Origin: a virus
DNA length: 64,000 nt
IMG/VR virus record: IMGVR_UViG_3300049830_000285
Location: 32,001 to 96,000 of that record
Direction: 5' to 3' (one strand)
Under the pieces are notes generated by a model that saw nothing but the letters and a program-made list of their open reading frames with translations, was not told the origin of the DNA and ran no database searches. The position numbers and the translations under genes are program-made. Shown in pieces: positions 55,816 through 64,000 of this stretch; the first letter of the stretch is position 1; each line of letters begins with the position of its first letter.

Positions 55816-56173
55816 ATTTGGATGAGGTATTTGCTTGTAAATTCAAGTTATTGACCTGGCCTGACATAATGGATTGATACATTTGTCGGGCAGCGTCATC
55901 ATTTAAGCCAGACGGGTCGATTCCAGCACCTCTTAATGCGGAGTGTATGTTCATCATTTCCATTTGGTCATTCATTTGATTACCCATTTGTTGATTTCCC
56001 ATCATACCATTCATGAAATCTGGCATTTGTGATTCATCACCGCCAGAATTAAAATCTTGAATAGGCCCGTTTATGTTTGATAGACGCACCATTACTTGCG
56101 TTATTACCTCTGCCTCTTTGTGCATCCCTACTTCATCAAGTTGATTGGCGATGATTTCAAGTTTATCTAGCAT
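55799..56173 (-). CDS. Met/Asn/Gln-rich protein with IANQLD-type leader (ends in TAG)
   Basis: N-terminus MLDKLEIIANQLDEVGMHKEAEVITQVMVRLS. Start set at ATG 56173. Confidence 0.65.
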   Translation of the reverse strand: MLDKLEIIANQLDEVGMHKEAEVITQVMVRLSNINGPIQDFNSGGDESQMPDFMNGMMGNQQMGNQMNDQMEMMNIHSALRGAGIDPSGLNDDAARQMYQSIMSGQVNNLNLQANTSSKFKRMG

Positions 56174-56192
56174 TGTGTCCCTTGTATCTTTT

Positions 56193-56217
56193 TTCGAAAT
56201 AGAGTTTGCCACATCCT
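56193..56217 (-). promoter_or_regulatory. AGG-N18-NGAA motif
   Basis: Minus strand AGG 56217-15, CGAA 56196-93, ATG 56173. Confidence 0.6.
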
Positions 56218-56279
56218 TGTATAAATGAAAATACAGGTTATTGAATAGTAAACACCAAAATTTCAACTAAGACTATCAC

Positions 56280-59200
56280 ATGAACACAGAACCCAAAGAA
56301 TATAAAGTAAAGTGTCTTTTAGGCGCGGTATATGCCCCGGATATTGGCTTTATATCAGAAATGGCAGCCAGGTCTAGAGTTTCGAAAGACCCTGCAAATC
56401 TTATTCCGCAAACATATTATTTGCGAAGCAACTATGCTGGTGAAGCTCCTAAAATGCCATCGGTATCTCAGCGCCTTAAATCTGTACTACAAAGTTCAGG
56501 CGGATTGATTCCCGAACCCAATCCATACATTGGCGCACCAATGTCTACTTTTGTTTATGGCGGATTAGTGCCAGAAGAGAATCATCCACAATTGGATAAT
56601 ATTCTCGGCCCGTCTAAGGCAAAAGCTTTTGAATTTGAGAAAGGTGTGTTTTATCAATATAATCCAGTTTTTGATGGCGGAGAAGCAGACCTTGGAGGAA
56701 CCGGACGGGACGGCAGCGATGCCCCTGAATTTCAAAACCCATCTAATTTTGGGCCTACACCAAATTTCGCTTTTGAGGGTGCGCAATATCCTTCGATTCC
56801 ATCTATGAAATCTGCGCCATTTAATGTAGAACAGCAGCGGTCTACATATAATATTTGGCAACATGTTAATCTTGATGAAAAGAAAAATCCCGTAAAATAT
56901 AGAAAACATTTAGGCCCGGTTTATCCCGATGGATATTCTGGAGGAAGAATGCGACAAAATGTGTCTGTTGATGGTGATGCATATGTAGTTGTCACATCAC
57001 AAAATACTGTCACGCAACTAGAGAGGTTGTTTCCTATTGCCGCTGATTTAGCATACGAAAATGACACCAAGATTTATTATCCCAACGCTGGTAATATCGC
57101 AATCGCTCCAAAAACCATCAAAGCGCGACCATCTGATAATTGCGGTTTTCAGGTTCACCTTAAACACTCTGAAGTAGCAAAGATGAGTAATCCACAAAGT
57201 GGAAAAGTGGACGGCGGTGTGCGCATTGAATTCGGTGCATCTGAATACCCAAAGAGTGGAAACTTTATTCAAAATTTTCAGATTAACTTAATTGCTGGTC
57301 AAACACCCGAGCTACATTATTATCACCCGTTGAAACAAACATGGGAGCAATTTCCGTTGAACGGGGCACCGTTTGGTTCTGGAGATTTCAAATTATTTGT
57401 CCATTATGCTGGCCCAAACATGTTGATTGGGTTTGATGAAAACGTGGAAAGTTGGAATGCATTTGTCCCGCTTGATAATGAAGATGACAACAAGCAACAA
57501 ATTTATGCTCGTACACCTGTTAATTCTAAAATCAGCATGACGTTTAATAACATCACGGCAGCTTTCAAATACGGGCCGATTGCATTTAACAACTATCATC
57601 CAGAAAATGTATCCTCCGTTCGTGAGACAGACCCAGACGTGGGCGAAATTGACCACATGGGGCAGTTACAAACGAGTTTTAGTGCCCAATCAAAGATTGA
57701 CCCAGGGCGTCAATCAACAGACCGTAGCGAGGCTTTAAATGCCACTAATATCAATTCTCAATTTCAAGCACAGCGATTATATGGGATAAATGCTGGTAAT
57801 CCCGATGACCCAGAGCGTATTGAGAGCCGAGAATCATCTGCGTCATGTTATGCAGATTGGCGTAGACCATCTGCGGAGATGATTTATCGTGAAATTAGTT
57901 CAACAACTGATGCGAGTACGGGTGAAAAATTTTCCAAGGGTCGTGTAATTTTTGACACCACCATCGAGGGCCCGCAATTTCAATTTGTTAGAGCTGGAAA
58001 TAATCAATCAGCCGATTCTTCGAGCCAGAGTAGCTTAAAGAAATATTTTGGTCAATCATTAGATGGCAAAGACAAACCAACATCTTCTGCTTTAGCTGAT
58101 ATTATTGTTCAAATGCCCTGGGGAGATATTTCTGATTATGTCGAAAGCTGGACAGTGAGTGTCTCCTATCCGCTTGGAAGTGGAGGTAGTAATAGTAATC
58201 ACTCATATATGCAAAAACAAGCAAGTGTTGTGTTGAGAAATCTAAAAATGACTACACTTGGTCGTCAAATATTGGATTCTATTGAAAAAAATAATTTGAC
58301 CATTGAGCTTGGCGCAGGCCCAAATACTGCGGAAACTTTCTTCCAGGGTGTTATCACTGAAAGCGAAACTGAGAATACACCAAACGGTAGTATCACAACA
58401 GTAAAATGTACAGATATCGCCACTCAAATCTTATCTGATGTACCGTGTTCAACAGTTTTGTTTTTTCAAAGTATGAGATATGGAAGAATTATTGAATATG
58501 CTGTTGCGATGTCTGGTTTATATGATTGGTACGACCAAACAAATGACCCCAAATTGGCAGATGCTTTGAATTTAAGATTAGGTTATAGTCCAGTGGAAGG
58601 TAGCTTAGCAACTCAAGTTCTATCGGCTTCTCCACAGAAAAAAGTCATTGATGTTTTAAAACCTGCACTTTCGCTGGTTATTGATTCTGACGCTCTGCCT
58701 GTTTTTTATTGGGACGAATCTACACAACGACTGAAACTCGACAGAAGACAATCTCCGCTATTGTTGGATGAATTAACCTTTGCTGGATATCTTGACCCTG
58801 ATATTAGTGCTTCATATTTACCAAATAGTTTGGTGGAAGGTCAACATGGCGTATTGCACAATTCTGGTTGGAGAACAACAACAAATAATAAGCAGTTACA
58901 TGCTGGAATAGTTTTATATGGACAAAATTGGTACGGAAGAGTAATAACATACACAAAAATTAACGAAGATGAATTCGCTAATCGCTTCACCAAAGAAGGG
59001 TTGGCGAATCTTATTAATTCTGTTGGCGAAGCTGCTGATTTTAAGGATTTAACTGGAGGGTATATTGGTTATAGAAAGATTTTTATTGACCAAGCACAAT
59101 CCAATCTATTTCCCGACTTGTTGTCTTTAAGAAATTACGGTTCACGTCTAAAATCATTTATGATATTGCCATATCAGCGAATTGCATTTAAATGTTATGT

Positions 59201-59405
59201 TACACGACCATTAAAGCACGCTGGGCAATTTCAAATCAAAACATTTTTAAATCCACCTGGATTATCTGCTGATGATGATAGTGAAAACGCAACAACTGGC
59301 AACTATTTATACTCTGAGGTAACGTACAGTTTTACGAAAAGCAACAACTTTATCTTAGCCGATGTTAAAGGGGAACAGCTTCCACCTCTCGCATATAATA
59401 ACTAA
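56280..59405 (+). CDS. Baseplate hub-like / tail structural protein
   Basis: 1041 aa. C-terminal half (FQGVITE..V.CTD..L; II..A..SG; VFYWD...L) resembles baseplate hub architecture. Confidence 0.5.
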   Translation: MNTEPKEYKVKCLLGAVYAPDIGFISEMAARSRVSKDPANLIPQTYYLRSNYAGEAPKMPSVSQRLKSVLQSSGGLIPEPNPYIGAPMSTFVYGGLVPEENHPQLDNILGPSKAKAFEFEKGVFYQYNPVFDGGEADLGGTGRDGSDAPEFQNPSNFGPTPNFAFEGAQYPSIPSMKSAPFNVEQQRSTYNIWQHVNLDEKKNPVKYRKHLGPVYPDGYSGGRMRQNVSVDGDAYVVVTSQNTVTQLERLFPIAADLAYENDTKIYYPNAGNIAIAPKTIKARPSDNCGFQVHLKHSEVAKMSNPQSGKVDGGVRIEFGASEYPKSGNFIQNFQINLIAGQTPELHYYHPLKQTWEQFPLNGAPFGSGDFKLFVHYAGPNMLIGFDENVESWNAFVPLDNEDDNKQQIYARTPVNSKISMTFNNITAAFKYGPIAFNNYHPENVSSVRETDPDVGEIDHMGQLQTSFSAQSKIDPGRQSTDRSEALNATNINSQFQAQRLYGINAGNPDDPERIESRESSASCYADWRRPSAEMIYREISSTTDASTGEKFSKGRVIFDTTIEGPQFQFVRAGNNQSADSSSQSSLKKYFGQSLDGKDKPTSSALADIIVQMPWGDISDYVESWTVSVSYPLGSGGSNSNHSYMQKQASVVLRNLKMTTLGRQILDSIEKNNLTIELGAGPNTAETFFQGVITESETENTPNGSITTVKCTDIATQILSDVPCSTVLFFQSMRYGRIIEYAVAMSGLYDWYDQTNDPKLADALNLRLGYSPVEGSLATQVLSASPQKKVIDVLKPALSLVIDSDALPVFYWDESTQRLKLDRRQSPLLLDELTFAGYLDPDISASYLPNSLVEGQHGVLHNSGWRTTTNNKQLHAGIVLYGQNWYGRVITYTKINEDEFANRFTKEGLANLINSVGEAADFKDLTGGYIGYRKIFIDQAQSNLFPDLLSLRNYGSRLKSFMILPYQRIAFKCYVTRPLKHAGQFQIKTFLNPPGLSADDDSENATTGNYLYSEVTYSFTKSNNFILADVKGEQLPPLAYNN

Positions 59406-59424
59406 AGGAATTTGAAAATGAGGA

Positions 59425-59664
59425 GTGAGTAAGGTGACAATAAAATCGAGTTTCAGGTCGTTTGACGAAATAATTAGCAACCATATTGAAAGACATAGTT
59501 CGACTAATGAAATTCCGATGGGTTCACCAAATGCCGTTCTTGCTGCCCAGAGTCAGCCTTTCTTTAATTCTTCATCTCAAGTCAAAGGTGTGTTACAGTG
59601 GGGTTTTTCGACTTGGGGAGTTGAGCCAGTCATAGGCATCGACGAGCCTCAAAACAGGAAATAA
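59425..59664 (+). CDS. Hypothetical protein
   Basis: 79 aa, GTG start with GAGGAG SD. Confidence 0.55.
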   Translation: MSKVTIKSSFRSFDEIISNHIERHSSTNEIPMGSPNAVLAAQSQPFFNSSSQVKGVLQWGFSTWGVEPVIGIDEPQNRK

Positions 59665-59667
59665 ACC

Positions 59668-62600
59668 GTGGGAAATACAGATATTTACAAGCTAGGGTTT
59701 TTAGAAGCCTTTCAAAAAGTCGGTGAAGTCATCGACATGGATGAGCGTCGATTTCGAACGATTGAAGCGCAGACATATGCTATTTACACTATTTTTGGTA
59801 ATGGCGTGCTTGACGACGACCCTCTTAATCCATCTTGGCGTATTCAAAATGTACCAGGAGATATCACTGGACAAGTCGTGCAAATTACCCCTGGCGGCGG
59901 ACATGTTGCTTGGAAATCTGCTGTTACAACTGATGTCACACAAGTTAAGCTTCCTCCACCATCTGGCGCTACCACTGGCAACTTATATACATTTTGGATT
60001 TATGCCAGAGCTAATGACACAACTCACGATAAGAGAACAGTAGATTTTGTTGCCTCTACTGTGGAAATTGCTGATTTTGATAATTATATTGGCTTAGGCG
60101 CGGTTATAGTTGATTACAGTTCAAGTCCACCATCTGTTACATGTTATAATGACGCAAGTCACGGCAGGGTTAATATTTCCTTATTCAATACGCTTGCCAC
60201 ATTAATCAATAAACATAAGCATATTGGTGGCGCTAATAATCCGAGTCGTGTGGATTTAGGTTTGCACGTACAGGGGAAACTTGATGGAACATTTATTGAG
60301 AATTTGGATTTAGGTACTGTTACAAAAGGAAATTTAGCCCCAGAAAGACTTCCTTTAATAAGCCACACCATTTTAGCTGACATCGGAACTCTTACACACC
60401 CGGAAATAGATTCTCTGCTTGAAACATTGGAAAATCCATCGTCATACAGATTATCCGATTTACATATTGCGAATCTTTTGCAACTCGTTTTAGCTTTGAA
60501 AAAACAAAGCGGTCTTGGTACAGTTGATGCAAAACTTGTCAACGCTATTTTCTATACTCCTGGATACAATGCTGATGACCATTTAATTGCTTATTATTCT
60601 ACTTTTGCAACCTATGGATTATCGGGAGTCGTTGCTGATTATGTACCTGGCCCAAATGGTGCTGGAAAAGTAGATTTAGCCATAGTTGACAAGAATTTAC
60701 ATGAAATCTATGGCACAAACCCGTCTGCTATTAACAGTGATGTTATTGTATGGACAACAGATTTAGATTTCACAACAGCTTTAGAAAATCACCAAACACG
60801 AGTGAATTCCCCGGAGCCATACTCGCATGATATTGTTATTACGGGAACTGGTGTAAATGGTGAAATTGATATTGATATTCCCCTTGAATATAAAGCGATT
60901 ACATCTACCAACCTAGCTGCGTCAGCTAACTCCTTTGCATGGGATGGCGGTTACAAATTTATTGATAACAAAACACAAACAGCTATTGTTCCACCGCCAC
61001 CACCAACATTAACAACTCCACCATTTAATAATGAATTCGTAGACACATATGCTGTTGAGAGATATTTCTTTGGTACTTTCTCCAGTGCTCAAGACTGGTC
61101 AACTCGAACCAAGCTGGGTATTGGATGGGGTCTTTCTTCTATTAGTCACCCAGGCGATGTGTTCATTTATTTGATTTACGATGGTGGTACAGCAACAACT
61201 GTTGTTCAAAATGGCGTCAGCACCACCGTTAAAATTTCTTCATTGGTGACACTAAGAGACGGCGATTTACAAACATCTGCTACTAGGCTTTATCGAGCTA
61301 TCAATATTTCTGAATTTAATGTCACTGATATGACAAAGATTACAGGTGTCGGTGTTGCTTGGAAAACTGCTACTGGATGGGATGGCAGTGAAGTAGATTT
61401 TTATTTATTGCATCCAAATGATGATGAAATAAGCACAATTGAAAGCCCAAATCTTGCAGTTGTTGAAGAGCGACAAACGCTACCCGACACTACATCTGCT
61501 ATTTTCATATGGAATGATAGTCTTTATGCTGAAACTGCTGAAATAGTCTTCAGATTTGATAGCGGTTTTACAACAACAACGTATAGTTTATTGAATTGGG
61601 ACACCACGGAGCCATCGAATACACAAGTAAAGTTTAGAACAAGAGCTGGAGATAATGATGTTAGCATGGGCGCATTTTATGATGTTGACCCAGACACTCA
61701 TTTGATTGATTCCAATTCATCTGTGGGTAGATATTTTGATATTCATGTGAAATTGGTATCAGCACCAGGTTTATCATTGGCACCAAGTCTGCAAACACTA
61801 TCGCTAGCTTTTGAAAGCGCGGGCGTTCCAGTAATTAAAACTTGGAACAAGAGACTTACGGATTCTACAAACGACCAAACTGGATGGATGGAGGGTCGGT
61901 CATTTGTTAATACATTAATTGGCGCTGATTACGTAGATGGTTTGTTGACTAAAAACTCCTTAACGCTGGAGTCTTCAAGCGGAGTTGGCGAATTTCAATA
62001 TATTCGCAGCGATAATAGTTACAACGCTTTTCAACTTGACGGCTCAGACGAGTCTTCTTATCAAAATGGCGAGACACTATACACTACACCATATCAAGCA
62101 TGGCACGGTAGTGTTCGCAGCGGATATCAAAGCCCGCTTGATTTTGAGATTCTATCTGATAAAAGTGTAGTATTTGCTGATACAAACAATGACCGATTGG
62201 TTCATGTCGATATTGACGGTAATATGATTCGCTCTATACAGGGCAATATTAGACTAAGAAATATTGACAGAGACTTTGTAGCATTAACAGCAGATTATAA
62301 CCCAAGACTTGGTAAAATATGGATTGCATTTAGTCAAAATATTACCATATCAGATAAATCTAAAATCTATCTACAAAGTGACCAAAATAGTTTGTCATTC
62401 AGTTTGTCAGATATAAATTGTGTGCCGTTTTCACCAATAGATAATAAAAGCGCCACAATACAAGCCACGTTGTCAGCTAGTTTGCAAGCAATAGTTAATT
62501 CTTGGACAAGTCCAATGAAAATCTTAATCCTTAACGGAGCTGTTACTTCTGCTGGGAGCGGCGGAAATACAGGTGGTGGCGGAAATACAGGTGGAGGAAC

Positions 62601-63330
62601 AGGTTCAGGCGGCGGGACATCTGATTGTCCACCAACAGGCCTGTATGAAAACCTTGGTACTGGTGATTTATCAGGAAAATTGGCTTGTTTTACTGGCTTG
62701 GAAGACAACACAGCCTCTAGTGCTGATTCGGGAGATTTTAATGGAGATGGTAGTATCACAAGTGTACTTCAAGGGCCTGGTGGACAAATTAGTAATATTA
62801 CTTTGAACGTATTTAGCGGTGAAGTGGTTTACTATAATCTATTTAATCCGATAAGTGTACAAGTATTTGAGGATACTAATTCATGGTTGGTAAGCACAGC
62901 GGGGGCTGATTCAGTTATTCGTTTTGATTCTAGCAGTGTAGCCTCTTGGACTATTCCATCTACATTAATTACTATGCGAGAAGGCTACGGTGGTTCTGCT
63001 TATTTGTTGAGCAATGGTAATGTTCTCTTAGCCGCCCCTGCGAGTGATTCAGATGGGGCAAAGGGCACGTTAATGGTTGTGAATCGGACTACTGGAAACG
63101 TACCATTGTTCAGCGTTCCTATTGATGGAGACCCAGTTAGAGCATTGCCATATACAAATTCTTTTGAATATTGGGTGGCTATTAATGACCGCTCAAGCAC
63201 TGGTTCGGCGTCTAGATTGGTTAGAGTCAATACTTCTGGAAAAATTACATGGAACTGGGGTAGTGGTATTTTAACACACCCATCGGGCATGTCTATATTA
63301 GAAAACGGCACACTGTTGGTGTCTGAATAG
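59668..63330 (+). CDS. Large tail/baseplate structural protein with beta-propeller-like C-terminal repeats (ends in TAG)
   Basis: 1220 aa, VVFADTNNDRLV and LENGTLLVSE propeller-type blades, Gly-rich linker. Confidence 0.6.
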   Translation: MGNTDIYKLGFLEAFQKVGEVIDMDERRFRTIEAQTYAIYTIFGNGVLDDDPLNPSWRIQNVPGDITGQVVQITPGGGHVAWKSAVTTDVTQVKLPPPSGATTGNLYTFWIYARANDTTHDKRTVDFVASTVEIADFDNYIGLGAVIVDYSSSPPSVTCYNDASHGRVNISLFNTLATLINKHKHIGGANNPSRVDLGLHVQGKLDGTFIENLDLGTVTKGNLAPERLPLISHTILADIGTLTHPEIDSLLETLENPSSYRLSDLHIANLLQLVLALKKQSGLGTVDAKLVNAIFYTPGYNADDHLIAYYSTFATYGLSGVVADYVPGPNGAGKVDLAIVDKNLHEIYGTNPSAINSDVIVWTTDLDFTTALENHQTRVNSPEPYSHDIVITGTGVNGEIDIDIPLEYKAITSTNLAASANSFAWDGGYKFIDNKTQTAIVPPPPPTLTTPPFNNEFVDTYAVERYFFGTFSSAQDWSTRTKLGIGWGLSSISHPGDVFIYLIYDGGTATTVVQNGVSTTVKISSLVTLRDGDLQTSATRLYRAINISEFNVTDMTKITGVGVAWKTATGWDGSEVDFYLLHPNDDEISTIESPNLAVVEERQTLPDTTSAIFIWNDSLYAETAEIVFRFDSGFTTTTYSLLNWDTTEPSNTQVKFRTRAGDNDVSMGAFYDVDPDTHLIDSNSSVGRYFDIHVKLVSAPGLSLAPSLQTLSLAFESAGVPVIKTWNKRLTDSTNDQTGWMEGRSFVNTLIGADYVDGLLTKNSLTLESSSGVGEFQYIRSDNSYNAFQLDGSDESSYQNGETLYTTPYQAWHGSVRSGYQSPLDFEILSDKSVVFADTNNDRLVHVDIDGNMIRSIQGNIRLRNIDRDFVALTADYNPRLGKIWIAFSQNITISDKSKIYLQSDQNSLSFSLSDINCVPFSPIDNKSATIQATLSASLQAIVNSWTSPMKILILNGAVTSAGSGGNTGGGGNTGGGTGSGGGTSDCPPTGLYENLGTGDLSGKLACFTGLEDNTASSADSGDFNGDGSITSVLQGPGGQISNITLNVFSGEVVYYNLFNPISVQVFEDTNSWLVSTAGADSVIRFDSSSVASWTIPSTLITMREGYGGSAYLLSNGNVLLAAPASDSDGAKGTLMVVNRTTGNVPLFSVPIDGDPVRALPYTNSFEYWVAINDRSSTGSASRLVRVNTSGKITWNWGSGILTHPSGMSILENGTLLVSE

Positions 63331-63337
63331 GTCAAAA

Positions 63338-64000
63338 ATGCAATCAATACCCAATTTAACTTTTGAAACTTTAGATGACAGAGCTGGATTTACTCTTACA
63401 GCGCCTTCGAATAATTATATCAATATCATCTTTTCTGATGCACCTGAAAATTTTAACATTGGACAAACACAAGATGCTTTAATTATGATGATATCGCCAG
63501 ACATTCGAGCTACGGCATTTAATGCTGGTGATAACATAGCATTATATTTGAGTAAATCAAGTAGTATGCCCCAAAGCTTTAGCCTTGCGTTTGAAAATAT
63601 CGTGAGCCTAGATGTAAGAAATCATCAAGTAATTCTTCATATGTCAAATATGAAGATTTATATTGACTTTTCCGATTGTGTTGTTGTTGCTTCAGACCCA
63701 ACAACTATTACTGTTTCAGTGAGTAATGCTGATTCTAAATTAGAATTTTCCACTCAAATCAAATCCGCCTTTGCTGTTATGAATCAAAATGTATCTATGC
63801 AAAGTATTGATGGTGGACGAATGTTGATTCCATCATCTCGAAGGATTCCAGAATTTATTATTTCCATTTATGACGATAGTAGTTTTGTTCGACCGAGACC
63901 ATCGCGTTTTGGTGTTCCGGTTATATCTACGGTGCCAGGATTTATACCAGACAGCTCTTGGAGCGTGACGGTGCCGCAAGAAGATAAAGATTTAATGGAA
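63338..64000 (+). CDS. 3'-truncated hypothetical structural protein
   Basis: ATG at 63338, frame open to the window end (MQSIPNLTFETLDD...). Absent from the ORF track because it has no stop. Confidence 0.7.
   Translation, partial: MQSIPNLTFETLDDRAGFTLTAPSNNYINIIFSDAPENFNIGQTQDALIMMISPDIRATAFNAGDNIALYLSKSSSMPQSFSLAFENIVSLDVRNHQVILHMSNMKIYIDFSDCVVVASDPTTITVSVSNADSKLEFSTQIKSAFAVMNQNVSMQSIDGGRMLIPSSRRIPEFIISIYDDSSFVRPRPSRFGVPVISTVPGFIPDSSWSVTVPQEDKDLME

Noticed and set aside
62560-62612. 18-nt GGCGGAAATACAGGTGGT tandem repeat
   Set aside because: It simply encodes a Gly-rich linker (GGNTGG) in a structural protein.
620-63347. The many short antisense and alternate-frame ORFs in the track (for example 620-1000, 33562-34203, 48575-49027, 54580-55173)
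   Set aside because: They shadow well-supported genes, have no start signals and show no recognisable motifs.
1-64000. Genome-wide TAG reassignment (code 15) implied by the CUA tRNAs
   Set aside because: Genes tile the window densely under code 11 with ORFs up to 1539 aa, no TAG-fragmented gene is apparent, and read-through at the TAG stops I followed gives only short or out-of-frame extensions.
1-64000. CRISPR array
   Set aside because: No repeat-spacer series was seen. The repeats found are two-copy regulatory repeats or in-frame coding repeats.
1-64000. Eukaryotic giant virus origin, suggested by the glycosyltransferases and Zn ribbons
   Set aside because: SD sequences, sigma70-type -10 boxes, intrinsic terminators, def, pspA and tail genes all indicate a bacteriophage.

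Overview
This window is a 64 kb segment of a large (jumbo-type) tailed bacteriophage genome, roughly 39% GC by eye, read in standard code 11. It carries a head module (truncated head-morphogenesis protein, scaffold-like protein, decoration protein, HK97-fold major capsid protein) and neck, tail and baseplate genes, many coupled by TAATG overlaps. An accessory block encodes dCMP deaminase, peptide deformylase, a ParB-like protein, a 2H phosphoesterase, an HNH endonuclease, PspA, a Pth2-like protein and a P-loop polynucleotide kinase. There are also two glycosyltransferase loci, a T4 Rnl1-type RNA ligase and an intein-containing CCA-adding enzyme with an HD domain. Main observations: (1) a canonical tRNA with a CUA (amber) anticodon plus a second, degenerate CUA tRNA, although TAG still behaves as a rare true stop here; (2) a bipartite AGG-N18-NGAA motif upstream of 12 genes, a candidate phage late promoter; (3) two shared N-terminal leader peptides on otherwise unrelated proteins, ending at a recurrent R/K-x-A motif. 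One leader type is on RNA-end-processing enzyme folds, which suggests a tag-and-cleave system that packages a tRNA-repair kit into the virion. All family assignments are by motif recognition and no database search was run.
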